Part shown: positions 1-9,140 of the stretch, one piece after another
Layout: each line of letters starts with the position of its first letter
Position numbering within the stretch: the first letter of the stretch is position 1
DNA from: Acidimicrobiia bacterium
Lineage (GTDB): Bacteria > Actinomycetota > Acidimicrobiia > Spongiisociales > JAHEDJ01
Assembly: GCA_029210695.1 (NCBI GenBank)
Contig: JARGFH010000002.1
Location: forward strand, 1-64,000
Direction: 5' to 3'
Length of the DNA stretch: 64,000 nucleotides
Notes under the pieces: model-generated
Seen by the model: only the letters and a program-made list of their open reading frames with translations
What the model was told of the DNA's origin: nothing
Database searches by the model: none
Program-made: the position numbers and the translations under genes

Positions 1-77
1 AACAACTAGCATCCAAACCCAACCCAAGGTGAGGAATTTCGATGAGCAACCCTGGGGAATTTCAGCGAGCGGCGTCA
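1..77 (+). mobile_element. Probable right end of an IS21-family element, inserted into the IS3 transposase
   Basis: Two ~18-nt imperfect direct repeats 23 nt apart (TGAGGAATTTCGATGAGC 30-47, TGGGGAATTTCAGCGAGC 53-70), ending in ...GCGGCGTCA at 77. Repeated subterminal motifs with a CA end are typical of IS21. IS3 OrfB homology begins immediately after. Confidence 0.6.
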
Positions 78-907
78 TCTGCAAGGCATTGCAGTTCGCC
101 CCTTCCACCTACTACGCCGCCAAGGCCCGGGTCCCCTCGGCGAGAACGCTGCGGGATCAAGTGTTGATGCCGATCATCCTGGCCCTGTGGCAGGTCAACT
201 TCGAGGTGTACGGGGCCCGCAAGCTGTGGAAGGCAATGCTGCGGGCCGGCCACGACATCGGTCGGGACCAGACCGCCCGTCTCATGGCAGAACTGGGTAT
301 CCGGGGCGTGCGGAAAGGCAGGAAACCCAGGACCACCCGCTCGGATCCCCAAGCGGCCCGACCGCCCGACCTGGTCGACCGTCACTTCGTTGCTGACCGG
401 CCGAACGCTCTGTGGGTGACGGACTTGACGTATGTGGCGACCTGGTCGGGGATGGCGTACGTGTGTTTCATCACCGACGTGTTCAGCCGCATGATCGTGG
501 GCTGGCGGGTCGCTACCCACATGAGAACCAGCATGGTCCTCGACGCATTGGAGATGGCACGATGGTCCCGGGGCACCCGGCTCGAAGGGCTGGTATGCCA
601 CTCGGACGCCGGCAGTCAATATACGTCGATTCGTTACGGGGAGCGGCTCACCGAGCTCGGCGCCGTCCCCTCGATCGGCTCGGTCGCGGACTCACTCGAC
701 AACGCGATGGCCGAGGCGACCAACTCTTTGTACAAGGACGAACTGGTCCGCAACAAGGGGCCGTGGCGCGACGTCGACGAACTCGAACTCGCCACCCTCG
801 AATGGGTGACCTGGTTCAATCGGACTCGGCTCCACGGGGCCCTCGGCGACGTTCCACCCATCGAGCATGAGGAGGCTCACTACGCTCAACTGACCACTAC
901 CGGATGA
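77..907 (+). pseudogene. IS3-family transposase OrfB, 5'-truncated
   Basis: ICKALQFAPSTYY, YGARK, W-x-x-D-x-T-Y, HSDAGSQY and DNAMAE integrase-core motifs. The first 16 codons of the ORF-track call come from the inserted element. Confidence 0.9.
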
Positions 908-953
908 CTTGGAAACCAAACAACCGAGTCTCCATCAAACCCAGGGCGGTTCA
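78..953 (+). mobile_element. IS3-family (IS6110-like) element, right portion
   Basis: OrfB coding region followed by the terminal IR GTCTCCATCAAACCCAGGGCGGTTCA (928-953). Its reverse complement, TGAACCGCCC..., resembles IS6110-type ends. Confidence 0.9.
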
Positions 954-1333
954 GACGGACCCGCTCCAGCACCTGGCCGACGAACTCGTCGGTCAACTGG
1001 TCCTCACCGCCGTCACGATCCAAGCCCAGGCCTTCGCCGGCCTCGACGTAGCGGCGGACCGTCTTACGATCCACGCTCACCAGGCGGCTGATCGAGCGCA
1101 GCCCCTCACCACCCAGCCACAACCGCAGAATCTCACGAACTTCAAACACGGGAACCTCCCGGAACGCCATGCCGCCTCCTAATGGTCCTGTCAATACGAA
1201 CGGCGGCCAGCACAGCATCAACAGCACCGGATCCGGCGGACCCCGGAAGGTGGTCCCATCACTGGCGAGCAGGTGGTCCCATCCCCCTGGCGAAACTCAT
1301 CTCAAGGTGGTCCCATCCCGCTGGCGGGCGACA
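954..1333 (-). mobile_element. istA: IS21-family left end with the istA 5' fragment (ATG at 1170), interrupted by the IS3 element
   Basis: MAFREVPVFEVREILRLWLGGEGLRSISRLVSVDRKTVRRYV is an IstA-like HTH with an AGGAGG RBS. Three AGGTGGTCCCATC..CTGGCG repeats lie at ~1248, 1271 and 1305. The terminus reads TGTCGCCCGCC from 1333 on the minus strand. Confidence 0.85.
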
Positions 1334-1735
1334 CACTCCAAACGGGAGAACCCGGGCGGTATCCCCGGTCCGCAACATCTCGACATGATCGATATGAGAA
1401 CCCCCGGCGATCAACGCCAAGACCAGTGTGAGAAACTTCGATGCTGGATTGGCGCCACCGACCCGGCCCGTCAATTTGACCGTCTGGTCGATCAAAGACT
1501 TCAAACCCAGCCGCGATACCAGGGTCGCTACCGGAAACAACCCGGCGTTCGCCACCAGATTCGGGTCATCAAAAACCGTTTCGACACGATCGAGGTTTGC
1601 TATCGTGGTGCTCACTGAAAGTGCCTTCCGAATCTGGGTATCTGACTGCCTCTGACAGCGTCATTCTCCCAGGTCAGAAGGCATTTTCTATGTCAATCCC
1701 AACCGTCAGACACCGATCAGACCGGTGGATCCAGG
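1334..1735 (-). mobile_element. IS1380-family left end with the transposase 5' fragment (start 1615), interrupted by the IS21 element
   Basis: FDDPNLVANAGL...LIAGGSHIDHVEMLR matches actinobacterial IS1380 transposase N-termini. The probable end is CCTGGATCCACCGG at 1735, next to CTAAG. Confidence 0.75.
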
Positions 1736-1748
1736 CTAAGCTCTCGGT

Positions 1749-2234
1749 ATGCCTACTTTCGACGTTGTCTCTGAAGTGGACCTCCAGGAGGTTCGCAATG
1801 CTGTTGATCAAGCCGCTCGTGAGACGGCCACCCGGTACGACTTCAAAGGCACTGCCACCACTGTTGTTCTACAGGGCGATGAGATAGTCACCGAATCGTC
1901 GACCGAAGATCGACTGCGGGCCGCGGTCGAGGTCCTCAAAGAGAAGCTCATTCGAAGGACCGTGTCACTCAAATCACTCGGAGGTGGCGAGCCCAAGGAG
2001 GTGGGCGGCGGCCGGTATCGCTCCGTTTTCACTGTGAATCAGGGTATCGCCCAGGATGCGGCTCGCGAGCTCAACAAGCACGTGAAGGGCCTGAAACTAA
2101 AGGTCCAGGTGCAAATCCAAGGAGATCGGTTGCGGATCTCAGGAAAGAAGCGGGACGACCTTCAGGAAGCCATCACCGCCTTGAAAGATCTCGACTACCG
2201 GATACCGCTTCAGTTCATCAACTTCCGCGACTGA
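1749..2234 (+). CDS. yajQ: YajQ family nucleotide-binding protein
   Basis: MPTFDVVSEVDLQEVRNAVDQA, RYDFKG, QIQGD..R.SGKKRDDLQ and C-terminal LQFINFRD. Confidence 0.95.
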   Translation: MPTFDVVSEVDLQEVRNAVDQAARETATRYDFKGTATTVVLQGDEIVTESSTEDRLRAAVEVLKEKLIRRTVSLKSLGGGEPKEVGGGRYRSVFTVNQGIAQDAARELNKHVKGLKLKVQVQIQGDRLRISGKKRDDLQEAITALKDLDYRIPLQFINFRD

Positions 2235-4131
2235 GCTGGGATTCCTCGCCTCGGAACTGTGTCTCGAACAGGTCGGCGTAGAGACCGCCCTTCTCTAGGA
2301 GCGCTCGATGGTTGCCCTGTTCGACCAGCCGCCCACCATCGATCACGAGGATGCGGTCGGCGGCCAGGATCGTAGACAGACGATGTGCGATCACCACGGA
2401 TGTCCTGCCCTTCATCACCCGTTCTAGCGCCTCCTGGATCAGTGCTTCGGATTGTGAGTCGAGGTGCGAGGTCGCTTCGTCGAGAATGAGGATCCGCGGG
2501 TCCTTGAGGATCACTCTGGCCAGCGCCAGGCGTTGCTTCTCACCTCCCGACAACCGGTAGCCGCGCTCACCGACGACGGTCTCGAACCCATCCGGGAGAT
2601 CGGCGATGAAGTCATAGATGTTGGCAGCCCTGGTGGCGGCTTCGATTTCGGTCGCAGTAGCTTCCGGACGGGCGTAAGCCAGATTGGCGGCGATCGAGTC
2701 GTGGAACAGGTAGGACTCCTGGGTGACAACTCCAATGGCATCTGCGAGCGTGTCGAGCGTCAGGTTCCGGATGTCGTGCCCATCGATCTCGATCGCTCCC
2801 GTCGTCACATCGTAGATGCGGGGCAGCAGGTAGCTCATGGTCGTTTTGCCGGCTCCGCTCCGCCCGACCAGCGCCACGAGTTCCCCGGGAGCAACGTCAA
2901 ACGAGATCCGCTCGATCGCCCACTCTCTGGTGGCCACCATTGCGGTCTCAGGAATCGACTGCTCGAAGGTAGCACCCCGGCCAAATCGCTTCACCTGGGT
3001 CAGACCCTCCGGTCCGTCGGATTGATAACGAAACGACACGTCGTTGAACCGGATGGCACCTTCGACGTGGTCAAGGTGAACGGCTCCGTCTGCCTGCCGG
3101 ATTTCCTGGGGTAGGTCGATCACCTCGAATACCCGTTCGAATGAGACCAGCGACGTGGCGAACTCGACCCGGGCGTTGGACAGCGCGGAGAGCGGACCGT
3201 ATAGCTGGGCCAGGAGCGCCGAGAACATCACGACCACACCGATTTTCAGATCGCCGTTGATGACGAGCCAGCCTCCCACCCAGAACACTGCCGCCGTCCC
3301 GACCGCGCCGACCAGCCCAAGGGCGGCGAAGAACCATCTTCCGATCAAGGCCCGCCGAACTCCGAGATCTCGCACTGCGGCAGCTTCCGTGTTGAAGCGG
3401 ACCTGCTCGTCGTCACTCCGATTGAAGAGCTTGACGAGTAGCGCTCCGCTCACGTTGAACGTCTCCTGCAAGATGGCCGACATCGAGGCGTTGTGTTCCA
3501 TCTGAGCTTCCGCCACGCGTCGAAGGATCTTGGCCACGCCCCGCGCCGGCAGCACGAACAGCGGAAGTGCGGCGATGGCCAATAGCGTCAGACGCCACTC
3601 GGCTTGCAGCATGACGACGAGGATGAACACCACAGAGATCACATTCGAGGCGATCGTGATGAACGTGCCGGTCACTGCCTGCTGCGCTCCGACTACGTCG
3701 TTGTTGATGCGAGAGATCAGCTCACCGGTGCGGGTGGCCGTGAAGAAGCGCAACGACATCCCCTGGATGTGTGCGAACAGTTCCCGCCGCAGGTCGAAGA
3801 TGATCCCCTCCCCTGCTCTGGCACTGAGCCAGCGCTGCAGGGTGCCGAGGACTGCATTGACCAGAGGCACCGCGATCATCCCGGCGCCGAGCCACGACAG
3901 CAGTGCCAGGTCCCGGTTCGGTATCGCATCGTCGACGAGAAACCGAATGAGGATCGGCGGAACGACACTCAGCGCCGAGATCACCACGATCGTGCCGAGT
4001 ACACCAACGATCCAGGTCTGATAGGGACGCCCGTATGCGAAGACTCTGCGCAGAAGGGCGCGATCGACCTGCGGGCGGTCCTGGTTTTCGTCGTAGGTCA
4101 GCCGGGCGTACCAGCCCCCGGAGTGGAAAAT
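2218..4131 (-). CDS. ABC exporter, fused permease and ATP-binding domains
   Basis: Multi-pass transmembrane domain, Walker A GRSGAGKT, LSGGEKQR and LILDEATS. The frame stays open 48 codons upstream of the GTG at 3987, to an ATT at 4131 that has an AGGGAG RBS. The start is inferred. Confidence 0.9.
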   Translation of the reverse strand: MFHSGGWYARLTYDENQDRPQVDRALLRRVFAYGRPYQTWIVGVLGTIVVISALSVVPPILIRFLVDDAIPNRDLALLSWLGAGMIAVPLVNAVLGTLQRWLSARAGEGIIFDLRRELFAHIQGMSLRFFTATRTGELISRINNDVVGAQQAVTGTFITIASNVISVVFILVVMLQAEWRLTLLAIAALPLFVLPARGVAKILRRVAEAQMEHNASMSAILQETFNVSGALLVKLFNRSDDEQVRFNTEAAAVRDLGVRRALIGRWFFAALGLVGAVGTAAVFWVGGWLVINGDLKIGVVVMFSALLAQLYGPLSALSNARVEFATSLVSFERVFEVIDLPQEIRQADGAVHLDHVEGAIRFNDVSFRYQSDGPEGLTQVKRFGRGATFEQSIPETAMVATREWAIERISFDVAPGELVALVGRSGAGKTTMSYLLPRIYDVTTGAIEIDGHDIRNLTLDTLADAIGVVTQESYLFHDSIAANLAYARPEATATEIEAATRAANIYDFIADLPDGFETVVGERGYRLSGGEKQRLALARVILKDPRILILDEATSHLDSQSEALIQEALERVMKGRTSVVIAHRLSTILAADRILVIDGGRLVEQGNHRALLEKGGLYADLFETQFRGEESQLSRGS

Positions 4132-4183
4132 GCCTATCTCCCTGGTTGCTCGGCATAGAGACTAGGCCGGCACCTCCGTCTAC

Positions 4184-4975
4184 CTATCCTTCGGCGGCGG
4201 CAGGCGCAGCCTGGCCGTCAGCCGGCAGCAGAGAGTCGGCGCCGGTGGACGTGGTCACGGTGGCGAGCGGAATCATCGCCGAGGCCATCTCGAGAGCCAT
4301 CTTGGAGTCGACCTGCGATCGATGAAACAGCTCATACTGGTAATCACCGGGAATCCAGGCCAGAGTCTCGTCACCGCCGGACATGAGCCGCCAGGCTACC
4401 AAGCCGGCGAACGCGACGGTTTCGCAGGAATCAAAATCCCGGTTGTCGAATCGCTCGCATCCGGACTTCTCGGGATCCGGATAGGTCACCCAGAGCACGC
4501 CGTACTGACCGACCGTCCGGCTGATCGTGTATGGCTCCGCCGTCCACATACCGAATGCCGCGATGAAATCGTCGGACAGGCTCCCATCCCCGTCGAAGAG
4601 GAGTTGTGAAGAGACGAATTCGATGTCGTCGGGAAGAAACTCGGGAAAGGCAATCCCGGGTAGTGCGCCGACGATTTCGGTGCGGGCCGCCTGCACGAAC
4701 TTGTCCCCGGCCTCCCTGCGTTTCCACACAGCCTGAATCGTTTCTTCGGGAGCAACCGGGTCGGGGGCAAGGAAGTCGTTGGACCAGGCCACCTCTGAGA
4801 CCGGCCGCAGCGTGGGTGCCGGTTCCGTTGACACCGTCGTCTTGCCCTCGCCGGCGGTTCGCTCACCGATCCAGTGGTTGGTCGCCTCGCCGACGTTGGA
4901 TAACGGGTTCTCAGAGCACGCGGTGGCAAACATCGCGCAGGCGACGAGCAACATGAATATCCCTCGACTCGTCAT
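4184..4975 (-). CDS. Putative lipoprotein of unknown function
   Basis: Signal peptide with lipobox (MTSRGIFMLLVACAMFATAC) and a G-rich RBS upstream of the ATG at 4975. Confidence 0.7.
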   Translation of the reverse strand: MTSRGIFMLLVACAMFATACSENPLSNVGEATNHWIGERTAGEGKTTVSTEPAPTLRPVSEVAWSNDFLAPDPVAPEETIQAVWKRREAGDKFVQAARTEIVGALPGIAFPEFLPDDIEFVSSQLLFDGDGSLSDDFIAAFGMWTAEPYTISRTVGQYGVLWVTYPDPEKSGCERFDNRDFDSCETVAFAGLVAWRLMSGGDETLAWIPGDYQYELFHRSQVDSKMALEMASAMIPLATVTTSTGADSLLPADGQAAPAAAEG

Positions 4976-5046
4976 GACCCCCCTCCACCTGGAGGATATA
5001 CCCGGTCGTCTACAGTACAGACGCTCCCGGATTGCGAGAAGTTCCC

Positions 5047-5793
5047 ATGTTGTCCGTCTACGCCGAGTCCTTCTCCCCGTCACTCGACACTGCCGTCTCA
5101 CATGCTTTGCTGCGAATGGTGGCCGACGGCGACTGCGGTGAATCTCTGCGCTTGTATCGACCAGATGATGTCGTCGCCTTCGGCAAGCGAGACGTGGTAA
5201 CCCACGGATTCCTCCAGGCAGTTGAGTCGGCGGGGAAGGCGGGTTTCGATTCGATCATCCGGTTGGCCGGCGGGCGGGCTGCCGTCTTCCATCGCGACAC
5301 AGTTGCCTTCGCCTGGACCATGCCCGCACCATCGCCTCGCGCCGGCATCAACGAGCGGTTCGAGCGCTTGTCGGATCTCCTGCTGGGCGCCTTCCGAGCG
5401 CTCGGGGCCGACGCCCGAATCGGCGAGGTCCCCGGCGAGTACTGCCCGGGCGAATTCAGCATCAACCTCGGCGGTAGGTCCAAGGTCATGGGTGTCGGTC
5501 AACGACTGATCGCCGGAGCGGCACACCTTGGCGGCGTGATCGTCGTCGATCGAGGTGACCGGATCGCGGAGGTTCTCGTCCCGGTCTATCGCGATCTCGG
5601 CCTCGAGTGGGACCCCGGCACATCCGGTGACCTGGCTTCCGGTGTCCCCGGTCTCACCTGGCCACAGGTTCACGAGGCAGTGCTGGGATCATTCGCGGAG
5701 ATCGCCGACATTGCCCCGGCGGCCATCCCGGCTGCGGTGCTGGCCCGAGCCAAAGGGTTAGAGCCGGCGCATGCAGTAGGCAATAGGCAATAG
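5047..5793 (+). CDS. Lipoate-protein ligase / octanoyltransferase-like protein (BPL/LplA/LipB family)
   Basis: R-x-x-GG-x-AV-x-H, GEYCPGEFSI and K-V-x-G-x-x-QR motifs. Confidence 0.85.
   Translation: MLSVYAESFSPSLDTAVSHALLRMVADGDCGESLRLYRPDDVVAFGKRDVVTHGFLQAVESAGKAGFDSIIRLAGGRAAVFHRDTVAFAWTMPAPSPRAGINERFERLSDLLLGAFRALGADARIGEVPGEYCPGEFSINLGGRSKVMGVGQRLIAGAAHLGGVIVVDRGDRIAEVLVPVYRDLGLEWDPGTSGDLASGVPGLTWPQVHEAVLGSFAEIADIAPAAIPAAVLARAKGLEPAHAVGNRQ
5773..5793 (+). repeat. Heptamer tandem repeat (GCARTAG)x3
   Basis: GCAGTAG GCAATAG GCAATAG. The last unit supplies the gene's stop codon. Same unit as at 25955. Confidence 0.7.
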
Positions 5794-5795
5794 GC

Positions 5796-6716
5796 CTACT
5801 TGGCAACGCTCACGAACTCGAACGTGTATTTCTCGTACGTCGTCTCGTTCTTGACCTTGACGACAAATGCTTTGCCGGCCGGCGCCGTCGGGAACTCGAC
5901 TCTGACCCAATATGCCCCCTCGGCATTGGCTACGGTCGAGCCTGAGCCGTAGTCGGAAAGAACGAGAATGGTCGTGCCGGGTGCAGCAGTGCCGGAGTAC
6001 TCGTCGTAGGGAGGGATCTCGGCGCATTCACCGTATGTGGCGTAGGCCGTGAAGACCCACTCAGACGGCGGAGCCTCCGGCTTGGTGGTGGTCGTCGTCT
6101 CGGGCGGGTCGTAGAAGACGACGATGGCAGCCTCGGACGTATTGCCCGCGGCATCGGTGGCAGAGAATGAGGCTTTGTTGCCGCCCGCTCCCAGGATCAG
6201 GACAATCGACCACTCGCCATCCTCAGAAACGGTCGCCTCGTACGGGCCGGCCATCACGATGGCGCCCGGTTCGGTGCGCCCCGCGAAGGCGACGGCCGTG
6301 TCCTTCAGGTGCTCTCCGTCGGCCGGTGAGGTCACCACGAGTTCGGGAGGTACGGTGTCCGGCGGTGCGACCGGCGGGATCTCACCGCTCTGCTCGATTG
6401 GCCCCGGCTCTCCACCTTCGGGTGGAACGGATGGGATGGCGGCCACTGTGGTCACAGTGGCCGGCTCGGTCGTCGACGTGCTCGCCACCGTGGTCGGCGT
6501 CGTTTCAGCGGTTTCCGCCTCATCAGATGCAAACATGTTGGTCTGGAACACCGTCAGACCAACGATGATGACCAGACCGAAGGCGCCTGCGAACGACAAA
6601 ACCTTGGGGAACAGCGGAAGCGGCCCGGGCGACGAGGTCATCATGAGCAGCGGATGACCGGATATGCTCGACTTGAGTCCGTCCGCCGCCCGCCCCGCTC
6701 TCTGATCTAGGTTCAT
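5796..6716 (-). CDS. Single-pass membrane protein, probable anti-sigma, with an Ig-like domain and one C-terminal repeat module
   Basis: ATGA overlap with the ECF sigma gene. Short N-terminus, TM helix, Thr-rich linker, then a PPELVVTSP...DAAGNTS Ig-like domain. Confidence 0.65.
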   Translation of the reverse strand: MNLDQRAGRAADGLKSSISGHPLLMMTSSPGPLPLFPKVLSFAGAFGLVIIVGLTVFQTNMFASDEAETAETTPTTVASTSTTEPATVTTVAAIPSVPPEGGEPGPIEQSGEIPPVAPPDTVPPELVVTSPADGEHLKDTAVAFAGRTEPGAIVMAGPYEATVSEDGEWSIVLILGAGGNKASFSATDAAGNTSEAAIVVFYDPPETTTTTKPEAPPSEWVFTAYATYGECAEIPPYDEYSGTAAPGTTILVLSDYGSGSTVANAEGAYWVRVEFPTAPAGKAFVVKVKNETTYEKYTFEFVSVAK

Positions 6717-7228
6717 TCCGGCACCACCAGTCGGTCGGCGAGGTTCTTCCTACCTTTGTGGAGGTGGACCTTGGCGGTGCTGGCCGTACAGCCGAGAATC
6801 TCCGCAACTTCGGCCACGGGCCGGTCCTCGAGATAGTGCAATGCAATGGCCTGGGCCTGCCGCTTCGGCAATGATCGGACGGCCCGCCAGAAGTCCGCGT
6901 CGGCCGGCTCGAGCTCCGGCAGCGGGATCTGGCGGTCCAACGCCACTCGCGCCAATGCTCGTGCTTCCGCCGCCTTCCGACGGTAGAGAGACACGGATTT
7001 GTTCGAAACGACTCGGCGCACCCAGGCACCGGGAGCTTCATAACGCCCGACCTTCTCCCATTGCTGGTGTGCCGTCATGAAAGCATCCTGCGCCAGATCC
7101 TCCGCCGCCAGCCGACTCCCGGACAGGGCGTAGGCGAGTCCGACAACGGCCCTGAACTCACGCTGATAAAACACGTCGAACCGTTCCGGCCGTGCAATGA
7201 CCTGCATGTCGTTCACGTGCCGCACCAC
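6713..7228 (-). CDS. ECF RNA polymerase sigma factor (SigE-like)
   Basis: Region 2 AEDLAQDAF...AWVRRVVSN and region 4 LPKRQ..AIALHYLED...EVAEILG....TAKVHLHKGR. Confidence 0.92.
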   Translation of the reverse strand: MVRHVNDMQVIARPERFDVFYQREFRAVVGLAYALSGSRLAAEDLAQDAFMTAHQQWEKVGRYEAPGAWVRRVVSNKSVSLYRRKAAEARALARVALDRQIPLPELEPADADFWRAVRSLPKRQAQAIALHYLEDRPVAEVAEILGCTASTAKVHLHKGRKNLADRLVVPE

Positions 7229-7279
7229 GCGGTACGCCTCTCTCTCGTCGCATTACTTCCCTACGGGTCGTGACACCCT

Positions 7280-7310
7280 TAACTCGTATCGGCGTCGAGA
7301 AAGGTTTACC
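7280..7310 (-). promoter_or_regulatory. Putative ECF autoregulatory promoter
   Basis: Minus strand GGTAAACCTTTCT-cgacgccgata-CGAGTTA, ~50 nt upstream of the sigma gene. The motif recurs at 17018. Confidence 0.7.
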
Positions 7311-7394
7311 TAACGGAATTGACCGGCCCGGCAGGCGCTCACCGTTCTAGCCACCCGTTTTTCCGCAGGTTCTGAGTCGGCGTACCATTCGCCC

Positions 7395-7895
7395 ATGGAG
7401 TTTGTTCTCGGCGCGGCATCGGTGCGGCGCGTGGGAGTGTTGCGATTCCCGGTCTCAATTGTCGAGGGTGAGGATGGGCACGTGCTCGCCCGCCTTGGCC
7501 GGGGCGGATGGTTCAAGGTGTTCTTCGGCAGGGGCCGCCGGGTTGAGCTCCCCGACGGGACTGCCTGGCGGGTGACGGCGACTGGAGCCGGTTCCTGCAT
7601 AGTGCCCATGGTGACGTGCTCGGGCGGCAAGCTGGCGGTGGCCGCACCTCACGGGAAACGGTCCTACGGCATAAACGGCCGCGCCTATGCCTACAACATC
7701 TACCCGGCTAGCCAAGCCGGTTTGCGCAGATGGTCGCTCCGGGAGCACGAAACCGAACTCGGCAGGTTCGGCTCGCACTCCATGTATGCCAGCCACCCGA
7801 TACCGCTCGCAACCGCGCTGCTGTGCTTTACCCTGATCAGGTACGGCGTACCCGGAGACGCCGATCTCGGGGTCCCCGGGTTCCGCTGGGGATGA
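7395..7895 (+). CDS. Hypothetical protein
   Basis: 166-aa ORF filling the gap between the sigma gene and aroQ. No recognised motif. Confidence 0.55.
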   Translation: MEFVLGAASVRRVGVLRFPVSIVEGEDGHVLARLGRGGWFKVFFGRGRRVELPDGTAWRVTATGAGSCIVPMVTCSGGKLAVAAPHGKRSYGINGRAYAYNIYPASQAGLRRWSLREHETELGRFGSHSMYASHPIPLATALLCFTLIRYGVPGDADLGVPGFRWG

Positions 7896-7952
7896 CCTCC
7901 CGAGGTCCGCACGGCAGCCTTCACCTGCAACGGCCGGTAGCCTGTTCTCACC

Positions 7953-9140
7953 ATGCGTCGCATCCTCATCCTCAACGGCCCAAACTTGAATCTCCTTGGG
8001 ACCCGGAAACCCGAAATGTACGGATCCACCACACTCGGTGAGCTCGATCGGTTGTGCACCGAGTGGGGTGCACTTCACGGTCTCGACGTCGAAACGTTTC
8101 AGTCGAATCACGAGGGTGTTCTGATCGACCGGTTGCACCAGGCTCGCGAAGACATCGACGGGATCGTTCTCAATCCCGGAGCGCTCACGCACTACTCCTA
8201 CGCTTTGCACGATGCAATCGAGGCGATTGGACTACCGGTCGTTGAGGTCCACATCTCGAATATCAAGGAAAGAGAGTCATGGCGCGCCCATTCGGTGGTC
8301 ACGCCGGCTTGCGTCCACACCATCTACGGTCGCGGGGTCGACGGCTACCGCTGGGCGATCGACCATCTCGTCCACCGGGAGACGCGACCGCCCAGAGCAC
8401 TGGAATACGCGACCGGCGACAGCCACGTCGGTGACCTTCGCCTGCCGGATGGCGAGGGCCCGCACCCTGTCGCCGTTCTCATTCATGGTGGATTCTGGCG
8501 GCACCATTGGACCCGCGACACCCTGGACGCTCTCGCAGTCGATCTTGCCGCCAGGGGATTCGCAACGTGGAACATCGAATACCGTCGCGTCGGCATGGGT
8601 GGCGGGTATCCGGCCACCCTGCAGGACGTGGCGGCCGCCATCGATCATCTCGATGAGCTGGCGGCTGAGTATCACCTCGATCTGCAACGCGTCGTCGTGC
8701 TCGGCCATTCGGCAGGTGGTCAGCTCGCTCTTTGGGCGGCCAACCGCCACCGCCTCAAAGAGGATGATCCGGGTGCCGGGCCGCGGGTGCTGCCCGAAGC
8801 GGCAGTCTCGCTGGCCGGAGTCACAGACCTTGAGGCCGCCGAAACAACGAACCTTGGTGACGGGGCGGTGGACGGTTTCCTGGGCAAGGCGCCGCGTGAC
8901 GAAGCGTACCGGGTGGCTTCCCCGCTCCATTCGCTGCCCGCGGACCGGCCGCACCTGATCGTTCACGGCACGAAAGACGACCGGGTGCCGATCTCGTTCG
9001 CGCACTCCTACGTCGAGGCGGCTCGCCGGCCGGGCACCAAAGTGGAGCTCATCGAGATCAACGGTGCCGACCACTTCGATCCGATCGCACCGACAGGACC
9101 TGCCTGGGCTGCGGTAGTCGAGCGACTAGCCACGCTCTGA
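7953..9140 (+). CDS. aroQ: Type II 3-dehydroquinate dehydratase fused to an alpha/beta hydrolase
   Basis: N-terminal LNGPNLNLLG.R.PE.YG, FQSNHEG, NPGALTHYS and EVHISNI. C-terminal HGGFW, GHSAGG, HGTKDD and DHF. Confidence 0.9.
   Translation: MRRILILNGPNLNLLGTRKPEMYGSTTLGELDRLCTEWGALHGLDVETFQSNHEGVLIDRLHQAREDIDGIVLNPGALTHYSYALHDAIEAIGLPVVEVHISNIKERESWRAHSVVTPACVHTIYGRGVDGYRWAIDHLVHRETRPPRALEYATGDSHVGDLRLPDGEGPHPVAVLIHGGFWRHHWTRDTLDALAVDLAARGFATWNIEYRRVGMGGGYPATLQDVAAAIDHLDELAAEYHLDLQRVVVLGHSAGGQLALWAANRHRLKEDDPGAGPRVLPEAAVSLAGVTDLEAAETTNLGDGAVDGFLGKAPRDEAYRVASPLHSLPADRPHLIVHGTKDDRVPISFAHSYVEAARRPGTKVELIEINGADHFDPIAPTGPAWAAVVERLATL

Noticed and set aside
29..76. ORF-track start for the IS3 transposase
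   Set aside because: These codons lie in the inserted IS21-like end, so the ORF is a chance chimera.
1248..1327. Three AGGTGGTCCCATC repeats resembling a mini-CRISPR or iterons
   Set aside because: The spacers are too short and irregular, there are no cas genes, and they are explained as IS21 subterminal repeats.
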